Below, piece after piece: positions 47,706-57,594 of a stretch of DNA of 64,000 nt. Under the pieces are notes generated by a model. That model made no database searches, was not told the DNA's origin, and saw nothing but the letters and a program-made list of their open reading frames with translations. Origin of the DNA: Alphaproteobacteria bacterium (GTDB lineage Bacteria > Pseudomonadota > Alphaproteobacteria > JABAAW01 > JAHZMA01); the NCBI GenBank assembly GCA_022599575.1, contig JAHZMA010000061.1, positions 4,480 to 68,479 on the forward strand, in the 5' to 3' direction. The position numbers and the translations under genes were made by a program. Within the stretch, counting starts at the first letter, position 1; each line of letters begins with the position of its first letter.

Positions 47706-48586
47706 TCCTGACTGAGTTTACCCTTAACCCAACCACAAAGCGCGATAAAATCTTGCACCGCAATCGATTCGGGACGTAAATTGCCATCAACAGGTGCATC
47801 ATGCCATGCATCAATCGCAATGCCGTGCGCGCGTAACACTGTTTGAATTTTCTTACGCCTTTGGGCAAATAAAATTGAGGTAACATGTTGCAACATTTTA
47901 TAATCCAAATCTGGCAAATCACGCATGGTGAATTTTATCACGGACGAGGCGATTTTTGGCGCAGGACGAAACGCGCCCGGTGGTAGCACCATCACAGTTT
48001 TAATGTCGGCACGCGCTTGCGCCAACACCGAAAGTCTGCCATATTCTCCTGAAAATGGACGCGCTACCAAGCGACACCCTACCTCGCGCTGAAACATCAA
48101 CACCATTTCAGATAAAAGTTCGGCATGTTGCAAAAACCGATTCAATAAAAATGTGCCGACATTATATGGCAAATTAGCGATGATGATGCGCGGCTGTGTG
48201 CCAATATTAATATCAAAATCACGGGCATCTTGTGTGATAATTTGCAATCGCCCAGCCGATAATTTCTGTAAGGAAACTAATTTTTCTGCCAATATTTTAT
48301 CTTTTTCTATGGCGTAAACGCGCCCTACGCCCTTTGCCAATCTACCCTTTGTCAATGCCCCCTGTGTCAATGCCATTTGTGCCAAAATAGCGGCTGTTAA
48401 TCCGCCTAACCCTGGTCCAATTTCTAACACCGTGTTTGCCGATTCAATCTTTGCGCTTTGCGCTATTTTTTGCAAAATCGCAAAATCATAAATAAAATGT
48501 TGCCCTAAATTTTTATTGGCATAATGCGTTTTATCATCAGCAAATGTCTGCCATTGCTGATGATACCATGCCTGATAATCAATCAT
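47702..48586 (-). CDS. rsmA: 16S rRNA (adenine1518/1519-N6)-dimethyltransferase
   Basis: LGQHF, EIGPGLGGLT and NLPYN motifs. It carries a degenerate 3 x 15-nt in-frame repeat insertion between motif I and the IEKD block. Confidence 0.85.
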   Translation of the reverse strand: MIDYQAWYHQQWQTFADDKTHYANKNLGQHFIYDFAILQKIAQSAKIESANTVLEIGPGLGGLTAAILAQMALTQGALTKGRLAKGVGRVYAIEKDKILAEKLVSLQKLSAGRLQIITQDARDFDINIGTQPRIIIANLPYNVGTFLLNRFLQHAELLSEMVLMFQREVGCRLVARPFSGEYGRLSVLAQARADIKTVMVLPPGAFRPAPKIASSVIKFTMRDLPDLDYKMLQHVTSILFAQRRKKIQTVLRAHGIAIDAWHDAPVDGNLRPESIAVQDFIALCGWVKGKLSQD

Positions 48587-49596
48587 ACGCTACCAGCCAC
48601 GCTCGCCATTTTCAATGATGCCAACATACTGGCAGGCGAGGCGGTAAGATTATCGGCAATATCAAATGCTGTGCCATGATCAGGTGAGGTACGGATAAAA
48701 TCAAGCCCTAAAGTAATATTAACACCACCCGCCATATCCAATGCTTTCACCGCTATTAAGGCTTGGTCATGATAACATGCCAGTGCCACATCGTAATGTT
48801 GCCGCATTTCAGGCGAGAACAGACTATCACCTGCAAAAGGCCCCCGAATATCAATATTTTGCGCGCGCAATATTTGAAGCGCAGGGATAATAATTTTTTG
48901 CTCTTCATCACCTAACATGCCGCCCTCACCCGCATGGGGGTTTAGCCCCGCCATCGCCAGAATCGGTTGTTCAATCGCAAAATATTGCTGTAAAGCGCGA
49001 TGGGTAATTTTAGCTTGTGTGATAATCACATCAGGCGTTAGCATTTGTGGCACAATTTTCAGCGGGATATGCACCGTTAATGGCACGGCTTTCACATATT
49101 GATTGGCAAGCATCATTACCACTTGGCTTTTACCATTCAAATGCGCCAGATAATCGGTATGTCCCGAAAATTGAAAGCCCGCCTGCTGGCAAATCTCTTT
49201 GGCAATCGGTGCCGTTACCAATGCAGTTGCATCGCCATGATTGATATGTTCTACAGCTTTTTTTATCAGCAAATAGGTGTTTTTACCATTTCCAACATTG
49301 GGCGTGCCACGCATTATCTTGGCAGGAAATACCTGCAAATCTAGCTTGCTTAAATCCAGCACTGGCAATCCTTGTGCAAAAGCTGCTTCGGTTTGTTGTG
49401 GGTTTTCTATCGGCACAATATCAAGCGGAAAATTTAGCGATTGTGCCAATGCGTTAAAATAAGCCACATCGCCCAGCACATAAAAAGGAGTAATATTTTG
49501 ACCATCGCCAGCATTCATTTGCCATCTGCTTTTGATAATAATTTCTGCGCCAATGCCTGCTGGGTCGCCCATTGTGACCACCAGCCTGCCTGTCAT
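48583..49596 (-). CDS. pdxA: 4-hydroxythreonine-4-phosphate dehydrogenase
   Basis: GDPAGIG, GHTDYLA, NPHAGE and SPDHGTAFD motifs. ATGA overlaps on both sides. Confidence 0.9.
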   Translation of the reverse strand: MTGRLVVTMGDPAGIGAEIIIKSRWQMNAGDGQNITPFYVLGDVAYFNALAQSLNFPLDIVPIENPQQTEAAFAQGLPVLDLSKLDLQVFPAKIMRGTPNVGNGKNTYLLIKKAVEHINHGDATALVTAPIAKEICQQAGFQFSGHTDYLAHLNGKSQVVMMLANQYVKAVPLTVHIPLKIVPQMLTPDVIITQAKITHRALQQYFAIEQPILAMAGLNPHAGEGGMLGDEEQKIIIPALQILRAQNIDIRGPFAGDSLFSPEMRQHYDVALACYHDQALIAVKALDMAGGVNITLGLDFIRTSPDHGTAFDIADNLTASPASMLASLKMASVAGSV

Positions 49597-50807
49597 GATA
49601 ATGTAACCTCAATATAAGATTCACGCAATTTTTCTTGCAGATGCTGAATACCAAATTCACTCAGCCTATCAAAAATAATTTTATCCCTCACTTGATTACG
49701 GGTAATCGGTGATTGTCCAATTTCTTGACGTTGACATAATCCCAAAACTGCCCAATTCCCTTGATAAAAAAACACATTGCTCTTTTCACTTTCTACCAAT
49801 AATGCCAAATATTTTTGCATATCAGTATCAATATCTTGCGCTAATATATTTTCAAATGGTTGCGTTTCAAGCGTATCAGATATTTTTTTAGCACTACAAG
49901 CGGGTTCATTTTTCTGCTGACGATAATTATTGGCGCGCACCTGTCCTTTATTATCGCCTTCAAACAAATGCAGTTGATAATCTAAAATTTGTCGATAGCT
50001 GCTATTAGGCTCTCTTTTTTCACGCAACCAGTAAATCACATAGCCTTGCCTTGTTCTAATGGGTCTATCGGTGAGGCTATTGATTGGCATTGTTTGGATA
50101 ACAGCGCGCTCCGCATCGCTTAACTCACTTTCTACAACCCAACCACGCAAACCGCCCCGATTGGCACTGGCGGCAGCCGATATATTGCTGGCAATCGCTC
50201 TAAAATCAGCACCATTAATCAATTCCGTAATCACATCTTGCGCCTGTTGACGCTTAATATTATCATCTAAAATAGAGTTAACTGGCAACAGAATTTCATA
50301 AAGCTGATAGCTTGTTTGTGATAATTGATTCAACGCCTGTTGATATTGAGTGGAAATCTCACTTTCGGAAGGGAAAAATCGAAACGCAAACCGTCTGATA
50401 TAATATTCCCATATCACATTGCTAACAATAAACTGACGCAACGCCTTTTCTGATATACCCTCTTGCTTCAAAAAATCTGATATATCATCTTTAGAAATAT
50501 TCGCCCTTTGGGCAAACCCTTCATATTCACGTTGCAATAAAGAATCATCAATGCGGGTATTTGATTGTTCTATCAGTTGTAACTTAATTCTAATCGTTAC
50601 CAACACATCTAATATTTGCCGACGCACATTATTATTGAGTGGTACATTACTGGGCAAGGCACCAGCTAATCTAAAAATCTTTATTTGCTGTTCTAAATCA
50701 TGGGCGGTAATCACATCTTCATTAACAAAAGCAACAATATCCACCTGTTGCGCCGATAGGCTGGCAGAGAATAAAAAACATAATAAAGTTAATAATGTTA
50801 AACGCAT
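49593..50807 (-). CDS. surA: SurA-like periplasmic chaperone / peptidyl-prolyl isomerase
   Basis: Signal peptide, SurA N-domain and one parvulin-like region. Conserved position between lptD and pdxA. Confidence 0.65.
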   Translation of the reverse strand: MRLTLLTLLCFLFSASLSAQQVDIVAFVNEDVITAHDLEQQIKIFRLAGALPSNVPLNNNVRRQILDVLVTIRIKLQLIEQSNTRIDDSLLQREYEGFAQRANISKDDISDFLKQEGISEKALRQFIVSNVIWEYYIRRFAFRFFPSESEISTQYQQALNQLSQTSYQLYEILLPVNSILDDNIKRQQAQDVITELINGADFRAIASNISAAASANRGGLRGWVVESELSDAERAVIQTMPINSLTDRPIRTRQGYVIYWLREKREPNSSYRQILDYQLHLFEGDNKGQVRANNYRQQKNEPACSAKKISDTLETQPFENILAQDIDTDMQKYLALLVESEKSNVFFYQGNWAVLGLCQRQEIGQSPITRNQVRDKIIFDRLSEFGIQHLQEKLRESYIEVTLS

Positions 50808-50811
50808 ATTG

Positions 50812-53052
50812 TTAATTTACCAATTCTATTGAAAAAAACAAAGTTTTTTCTAGCTCTTCTGTAACAGTAGCATCATAAAAATATTGCACCTGAAACCGAA
50901 AACAATCTAGAAATCTTTCAATAATAAATTCGCTTGCTCCTAAAAATTCTTCATTCTCAATATCATATTTTGTGTTAAATGTCAGTTTCCATGATTCCGA
51001 TGGGCTATATTTAATGCCTATAATAGCAGATTCTTCAATAACAGGCGATGGCGGATTAGCTTGTTGCAATCTTTTATAGCGTTGTTCTGGGCTTAAAGCA
51101 TAAATACTATTGTAACGTTGATGGGTGACATTAAGATTAACCTTATCACCATATACCGTAATAAAACTAGCAGAAGCCAGTGTTTTTTGATTCTCACGCG
51201 CTAAAATCGTTTCTTGTTGCCAAGAAAAGCTACCCTTATTGAACGTCATATTGAGCACATGGTCAGTTTTGCCACTATAAATACCTAATATTTGATTGGT
51301 TTGGGTATCAAATGTGGTAATATCGGCACGCGCATAAGTGAGTGATGTGTGTAAACCATCATTGCTTTGATAATAAAATTGCGACCCGAATGCTTTTCTG
51401 CGCCCCATCTGAATAATATCATCGCCATTGCCCAAAGGGCGAAGTGCTAATAATGAGCCCGTATCAGGAATATATAATGTGCTATCCTCATTGATAAAAT
51501 CAGCATTATTTGCATCACCCTTGCTATTATGAAAAACAAATTCAGGTGCCCAGCCCATCATAAACTGATTACCGATATAGGTAAAATTATGCCTGAGCCT
51601 GCCATAATAATGATTAACAAAACGATGAGCAAATCTTTGCGATTGTTCCTCTGGTGATTCAACGATAGCAGATTGATTGATATTGGCACGGTCATTCATT
51701 TGAGTGCCAATATTTTCAAGCCTTACTTCAAATAAAGTGCGGGGAGTCAGCCACATATCTTTATCATAGCTTAATGTGCCATAAACACCCTCGCGCCCAC
51801 CTTGCTGGTAACTTGTGCGCTGCAATTCTTCAAATGCCATAACGCCCTGCACATAACCGCCAGCAAAATAATACTGCCCACCATGATAGCGAAATTGTGC
51901 CAGTGGAAATATATAATAATTATTAGCATTTCTTTCATTTCGCAATCGGTGCTTATAACGCGTTTCCATAAAAATATAGTCGCGCCCATAAAATTGTTCG
52001 ATTGTAACATTATCCTGATAAGAACTAGCAATCCCACCATATTGATTAAAGCCCGTACTTTGTCGATATTGGCTAAAAAAATTCTGATTCTGCAAATAAT
52101 GAAAATTTCCTGAAACACGCATATTTTTATTAAGCTGATTGTTAAAATTAACGCGGCTAAAAAAAGATTCATCACCACGAAATTCGGTATTACCCTGATT
52201 CGATTCGCCTGTTGCCGTAAAATGCGTTTCCACCACACCGCGCGATAATGCCGTGCGATAAGAAGCGGTAAGCATATGTTTATCACGTGATGAATAAACT
52301 GGCACAACAGTTAAATCCTTCGCCATTGACAAACGAAAATATAAAGGCTGCGCGTAAAAAAATCCCAAACTGTTATTAGTGCCATAGCTTGGCCATAACA
52401 AACCGTTTAACGGCACAGACATATCATAAACATGGCGCAATTTTGGTAAATAAAGCACTGTTTTACCCTTCACATCTAAGTAAAGCTGGCGATGCGACAT
52501 TGTTTTTTTTTCGCTATTCATCACAGTTTGCCGCGCACGAATCTGCCATATTGGCGTTTTTTCAGTGCCATCTTCAGCAAAACATTCACGGCATGGCGTG
52601 TAAATGAGATGATTAAAAATAGTTTCATTTTGCTCATTTTCTGCGGTCATATAATTAGCACGAAGTCGTTTTTTTACATCAAATCGCATGGCAACGCTTT
52701 GCGCTTCTTGACGTTTCAACCGATCATCAAGCACCATCTGATGGGTAAATAGAGTAACGGCTTTATCTTGATAAATAACATTACCCGTAGCGCGAAGCAG
52801 TTTTTCATCATCATAATAAGAAACGCGGTCAGCCCATATGATTGTATTGTTAAAGGTGATGACCGCATCGCCTTTGGCTTGAAAATTATTACTTTTTTCA
52901 TCATAAAAAATTTCATCAGCAACCAATTTATAATCAATTTTTTCTTGCGATAATGCCGAAAAAAAAGGCAATGCCGATAACAATATCAGCCATGAAACAG
53001 ATCCTAATATATGCCTGCATCTTGCATGATTTAACCAACCCTTTGGTATCAT
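50812..53052 (-). CDS. lptD: LPS-assembly outer-membrane protein LptD
   Basis: 746 aa. N-terminal OstA-like fold (ADEI.YD......A.G.V) and a large C-terminal barrel. Gene context lptG-lptD-surA. Confidence 0.85.
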   Translation of the reverse strand: MIPKGWLNHARCRHILGSVSWLILLSALPFFSALSQEKIDYKLVADEIFYDEKSNNFQAKGDAVITFNNTIIWADRVSYYDDEKLLRATGNVIYQDKAVTLFTHQMVLDDRLKRQEAQSVAMRFDVKKRLRANYMTAENEQNETIFNHLIYTPCRECFAEDGTEKTPIWQIRARQTVMNSEKKTMSHRQLYLDVKGKTVLYLPKLRHVYDMSVPLNGLLWPSYGTNNSLGFFYAQPLYFRLSMAKDLTVVPVYSSRDKHMLTASYRTALSRGVVETHFTATGESNQGNTEFRGDESFFSRVNFNNQLNKNMRVSGNFHYLQNQNFFSQYRQSTGFNQYGGIASSYQDNVTIEQFYGRDYIFMETRYKHRLRNERNANNYYIFPLAQFRYHGGQYYFAGGYVQGVMAFEELQRTSYQQGGREGVYGTLSYDKDMWLTPRTLFEVRLENIGTQMNDRANINQSAIVESPEEQSQRFAHRFVNHYYGRLRHNFTYIGNQFMMGWAPEFVFHNSKGDANNADFINEDSTLYIPDTGSLLALRPLGNGDDIIQMGRRKAFGSQFYYQSNDGLHTSLTYARADITTFDTQTNQILGIYSGKTDHVLNMTFNKGSFSWQQETILARENQKTLASASFITVYGDKVNLNVTHQRYNSIYALSPEQRYKRLQQANPPSPVIEESAIIGIKYSPSESWKLTFNTKYDIENEEFLGASEFIIERFLDCFRFQVQYFYDATVTEELEKTLFFSIELVN

Positions 53053-54140
53053 TATCTGATACCTGGCTGCATCAAGAAAATAGTAGCAATACCAGCAGGC
53101 AACAATAATTGTATGCCAAGCGATAACGGCAATGAAATTTGTTCGGCACTGCCCAACGCCATAATCAGATGGCTAAAAAACGTAAGCAATAATGCCCATA
53201 AAAAGCATTTTACCAACACCAAGCCAATGGATTGCCGCGGACTTACAAGCCGCACAATACCAAATGTAAGAATCACAAAAATCGTGTAAAGCACAGGGTT
53301 GATTATTTTTTGCAGGTAAGACGCTTGATAAAGACTTGCCTGTACACCAAGCTGTTTTGCCAATTCTATAAAATGTGGCAAGCTAAAAAAGCCAATCGTA
53401 TCAAGCGGGCGCGCAAGAAAGACGATATTTTTTTGTTCAATAATAATTGGCACCGTATATTCGGAATGTTTTTCTACGCTGCCATCAGGATAATAAAGGG
53501 TAACATTTTCTAATTGCCACATATTATTTGCCAGCACTTTGCCCTGCTTGGAAACAATATGCATGCGTAATTTATTGGTTTGTGCATCACTGACAACAAT
53601 CGTATTGCGACCAAGCTTATTATCAACGCTATCAAACCGATGCAAAATAATATAATAATGCGCTTCCTGACTTTTATAATAAAAATTTAGGTTTATAAAA
53701 AGTTCTTCAAATTCTGGTAGCTGAAGCGATAACGCATTAAGTTCGTAAAATCTGTATTGTGCCATGCTTTTGGCGGCAAAATTATCGAGCAAAAGAGACA
53801 TGCCCGAAACACTCAATCCCACCAACATCAGCCATGAGACCATTCTAAACTGCCGCAAACCCGACATCACCATTATCACAAATTCATTACTATGGCGCAT
53901 CATCAATAGGGAAAGTGCCGTTCCCATGACCATTGCAAAGGGCAGTAAAATTCTAAAATTATCCGGCATTTTCATTAACATAATCTTCAAAGCAAGTATC
54001 AAACTTGCATCTTCGTAATCACCAAACCGTGCTAAAATTTCAAGCAAATTAAGAATGCTAACAACCATGCCAATAAAAAACCACAAAGCCAAAATTCCTA
54101 GCAATATTTTAAGACTAAAATAGCGAAATAATAATGTCAT
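53052..54140 (-). CDS. lptG: LPS export ABC permease LptG
   Basis: YjgP/YjgQ-family topology: three TM helices, a periplasmic beta-jellyroll and three more TM helices. TAATG overlap with the lptD start. Confidence 0.8.
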   Translation of the reverse strand: MTLLFRYFSLKILLGILALWFFIGMVVSILNLLEILARFGDYEDASLILALKIMLMKMPDNFRILLPFAMVMGTALSLLMMRHSNEFVIMVMSGLRQFRMVSWLMLVGLSVSGMSLLLDNFAAKSMAQYRFYELNALSLQLPEFEELFINLNFYYKSQEAHYYIILHRFDSVDNKLGRNTIVVSDAQTNKLRMHIVSKQGKVLANNMWQLENVTLYYPDGSVEKHSEYTVPIIIEQKNIVFLARPLDTIGFFSLPHFIELAKQLGVQASLYQASYLQKIINPVLYTIFVILTFGIVRLVSPRQSIGLVLVKCFLWALLLTFFSHLIMALGSAEQISLPLSLGIQLLLPAGIATIFLMQPGIR

Positions 54141-55256
54141 TTAGCGATTAACTTTCAGCCAAAAAGGCAGTGCCAGCATGATAAAAGGAAATATATAACT
54201 TAACCATAGCATCACCATATTACCACCACCGATAAAAATAAGCTGTAATAATATCAACAAGATACAGGCAATAATAGTACCATAAAATTCTAAAAACCGT
54301 TTCACTATGTTACGTTTTTGTCTGGCAATCGCATTGATTGGTAAACATAGTAAAAAGCCCGCAAGGCTTGCCGCCAGCAATGGCAAATTAAATCTTTTTT
54401 GCAATTCCCTTTGATAATCGCCGCGCAAATTTTCTGCAAGTTCCTGTCCGTAAAAAGAGGCTAATAAATGGTCAGTGCGTAAAATTTTTATTTTATCACG
54501 GATAATTTTCTGTTGATCCTCTTCGCTCTGCTCATTTGTAATACCCGTCGCATCTACCCATAATTCACCAAAATCAATAAGATGCAAATCTTGCTGTTTC
54601 GACACATCATTTTGTTCTAAATAGTAATAAGAACCTGAGGTAAATTGTATTTTTAAGCCTTGTTCGGTTTGCCAAAATTGTCCTTGTTTTGCGGTTAAAA
54701 CATAACCCGGTTTTTGCCTTCTATCATGCATATACACATTATAAATTTGTGCCTTCTGATTATCGGAATCCCCAATATGCAAAATAAAATTCTTTTCTGG
54801 TTCATAAAATCTGCCCGTTACCAGCTGATTGCGAAAAGCCTGATTTTTATAATCATGCAATTTTTGTTTTTTAAAATAAAGGGCTTCTGGAATGATAAAT
54901 AAGCTCATCACATAGCTTGCCCCCAACACCAGCATTAATAACAAATAAAACGGATATAAAATTTGTCGATAGCTGAAACCCGTTGACTGCAAAACCATCC
55001 ATTCATTATCAGCCGCAAGCCTAACACAATTTAACCGTAGCGCACAGGCAAAGCCGATTATCAGCAAAAATAATGTAAATTCACTCGCGGAAAGTGCTGC
55101 CAATAAAATCAGCTGTGAAAAACCAACCGTACCTTTTATCAATAAATCATTTTGAGCAATTAATTGCATGGTCAGCAGAATCAATAATAAGCCACCCGCA
55201 ATGCTTAAACATGATTTGCTGGTTTTTTTGAAAATATAAGAATGTATTTGCATCAA
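54141..55256 (-). CDS. lptF: LPS export ABC permease LptF
   Basis: Same family topology. It is the first gene of the pair and is divergent from pepA, as in other alphaproteobacteria. Confidence 0.8.
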   Translation of the reverse strand: MMQIHSYIFKKTSKSCLSIAGGLLLILLTMQLIAQNDLLIKGTVGFSQLILLAALSASEFTLFLLIIGFACALRLNCVRLAADNEWMVLQSTGFSYRQILYPFYLLLMLVLGASYVMSLFIIPEALYFKKQKLHDYKNQAFRNQLVTGRFYEPEKNFILHIGDSDNQKAQIYNVYMHDRRQKPGYVLTAKQGQFWQTEQGLKIQFTSGSYYYLEQNDVSKQQDLHLIDFGELWVDATGITNEQSEEDQQKIIRDKIKILRTDHLLASFYGQELAENLRGDYQRELQKRFNLPLLAASLAGFLLCLPINAIARQKRNIVKRFLEFYGTIIACILLILLQLIFIGGGNMVMLWLSYIFPFIMLALPFWLKVNR

Positions 55257-55372
55257 TTAATTTCTTCGATATTACACTTGCAAGAAACTGCCTACCATAG
55301 TATCTATATAGCCTAAATATCTTTAGCAATCCACATGCCTATTACTTTATATTACTTTCATCGGAGTCTTTT

Positions 55373-56872
55373 ATGCTGAAAATCACTTTCACCGACATTA
55401 TTTTTGACGCTAGCTTGCTTGATAGAAATATCCCATTAGCGATTTTGCTTGATGAAAAAAAGCAATTAGATGGTTATGGACAACAAATTGATGCCCTCAC
55501 CGATAATATCGTCAGCCACCACCTCGCAATTAGCAATTTTAGCGAACAAGGGGTGAATATACAAACCTGTGTGTTGAAGCAAAAGGCGAATTATGTTTTA
55601 TTGCTAGGCTGCGCTGATATACACCAAAAATCACAGCAGGATTATACCATTGATGCCTTACCAGCGCGCACAATCGGGGCAAGATGCGCGCAAAACATCA
55701 AAAAGCTAGAACGCGAATCAGTGCATTTGTTTAGCGATGTTGATGCAGAAACGCTCAATCATATTGCTTGCGGTGCCATCTTAAACCAATATGAATTTAC
55801 CAAATATCTTAGCAAACCCGATAATAAAACAGCCTTAAAAGAAATCATCATCAGTGGCAAACATGCCAAACAAGCAGAACAATTATTTGTTAATCATTAT
55901 TCTGCGATTATGCAAGGCGTTACCTTAACCCGTGATTTGGTGAGCGAGCCTGCTAATCATCTTTATCCTGAAACTTTTGCTGATATTTGTGTCTCATTGG
56001 GTAAAGATGGGCTAGATGTTACCGTGCTAGATGAACAAAAATTAACGCAATTGGGTATGGGCGCGTTATTAGGCGTTGCACAAGGTTCTGCTAGACCGCC
56101 TTGCTTAGTAACGATGGCATGGCATGGTGGCAACCCTACACAAAAACCGATTGTGATTGCAGGCAAGGGTGTTACTTTTGATACGGGTGGCATTTCCATT
56201 AAACCCGCCGCTGGCATGGAAGAGATGAAATGGGATATGGGCGGTGCTGGCGTGGTAACGGGGCTGATGAAAACACTTGCCACAAGGCGTGCTAAAATTA
56301 ATGTGGTCGGCATTATTGGGCTAGTAGAAAATATGCCTTCTGGTATTGCGATGCGCCCAGGTGATGTATTGACATCATTATCAAAGCAAACGATTGAAGT
56401 GTTGAATACCGATGCAGAAGGCAGGTTGGTGCTTGCCGATGTTTTATGTTATGCCCAGCAACAATTTGACCCCGAAATCATCATTGATTTGGCAACATTA
56501 ACAGGCGCAATGATTATCGCATTAGGGCATGATTATGCAGGTGTGTTTAGCAATGATGATAAATTGGCAGAAGAATTAACCAAAGCGGGCAATGAAACTG
56601 ATGAAAAAATTTGGCGGATGCCACTTGATGCTGCCTATGATAAATTACTGCAATCACCAATTGCCGATATGAAAAATATTGGCGGGCGGGCAGCAGGATC
56701 AATCACTGCCGCACAATTTCTGCAACGCTTCATCAATCAAGGCGTGAAATGGGCGCATTTGGATATTGCAGGCGTTACATGGCTGAATAAGGGCAAACCA
56801 TGCTCACCTAAAGGCGCGAGCGGTTTTGCGGTGCAATTACTAAATCGCTATTTAGAAAATTTAGAACAGTAA
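55373..56872 (+). CDS. pepA: Leucyl aminopeptidase (M17)
   Basis: GKG.TFDTGG.S.KP, NTDAEGRL.LAD and the GA..GA..A..FL blocks. Confidence 0.9.
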   Translation: MLKITFTDIIFDASLLDRNIPLAILLDEKKQLDGYGQQIDALTDNIVSHHLAISNFSEQGVNIQTCVLKQKANYVLLLGCADIHQKSQQDYTIDALPARTIGARCAQNIKKLERESVHLFSDVDAETLNHIACGAILNQYEFTKYLSKPDNKTALKEIIISGKHAKQAEQLFVNHYSAIMQGVTLTRDLVSEPANHLYPETFADICVSLGKDGLDVTVLDEQKLTQLGMGALLGVAQGSARPPCLVTMAWHGGNPTQKPIVIAGKGVTFDTGGISIKPAAGMEEMKWDMGGAGVVTGLMKTLATRRAKINVVGIIGLVENMPSGIAMRPGDVLTSLSKQTIEVLNTDAEGRLVLADVLCYAQQQFDPEIIIDLATLTGAMIIALGHDYAGVFSNDDKLAEELTKAGNETDEKIWRMPLDAAYDKLLQSPIADMKNIGGRAAGSITAAQFLQRFINQGVKWAHLDIAGVTWLNKGKPCSPKGASGFAVQLLNRYLENLEQ

Positions 56873-56917
56873 AAAAAATACGCGCCCAATCATAAGGCGC
56901 GTATTTTATATTTTTTT
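56871..56917. terminator. Bidirectional rho-independent terminator between convergent pepA and bioY
   Basis: 10-bp stem AATACGCGCC / GGCGCGTATT with a 9-nt loop. An A-run lies on one side and a T-run on the other. Confidence 0.75.
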
Positions 56918-56946
56918 ATCACAAATATTTTATGATTCTTGGTATT

Positions 56947-57531
56947 TTATGATTTTGGATGATTGATACGGCTTAAAAATCCGCGCATCAAGGCTGCCAC
57001 CAAAATAATTTTTAAACAATCACCATAGATAAAGGGCAACAAACCTAATTGAAAAATTGGCTTATCCCAACCAATTACCGCACCTAGCTGTAATAATCCT
57101 GTCACGTAAACCGTCGCTGAGGCGGCGATACCTAGCACCATCATTCTTGGAAAGCTTCGCGTAAAACCATTTTGTGCCAAAAACCCAGCAACCAATGCGG
57201 CAAACCAAAAACCGATAAGATAGCCGCCACTTGGTCCTAATAAAACTGCCGCACCAATACCGCTTGCAAAAACTGGCAAGCCTGCAATGCCATACATTAA
57301 ATAAAGCAACACGGTGAAACCGCCTAAACTCATGCCGTAAGTAACGCCAATAAGCATGACAACAAAAGTCTGCATTGAAATTGGCACAGGCCCAATCGGC
57401 ACTTTCACTTGCGCACTTACTGCCAATAATAACGTGCCAACAACGCATAAAATCGCATTACGGAGCAAAATATTTTCACTCTGCCATAAATTATCAATAA
57501 CAGAGGGTTGCTTTAATATTGTATTTAACAT
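56947..57531 (-). CDS. bioY: Biotin transporter BioY
   Basis: Six TM helices. PITLQTF-like block (PISMQTFVV) and GP.GGYL.GF. Confidence 0.85.
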   Translation of the reverse strand: MLNTILKQPSVIDNLWQSENILLRNAILCVVGTLLLAVSAQVKVPIGPVPISMQTFVVMLIGVTYGMSLGGFTVLLYLMYGIAGLPVFASGIGAAVLLGPSGGYLIGFWFAALVAGFLAQNGFTRSFPRMMVLGIAASATVYVTGLLQLGAVIGWDKPIFQLGLLPFIYGDCLKIILVAALMRGFLSRINHPKS

Positions 57532-57594
57532 AACAAATTCCTATCTAAAATGAACAATAATGTTATCTTATAAAACTATCATTATCATGGCAAG

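Noticed and set aside
55341-55360. Tandem 10-mer ATTACTTTAT/ATTACTTTCA just upstream of the pepA RBS, sharing TTACTTTCA with the DddP-leader repeat
   Set aside because: Only 8 of 10 positions are identical, the sequence is short and AT-rich, and the shared 9-mer is in a different orientation relative to the SD. This is most likely chance.
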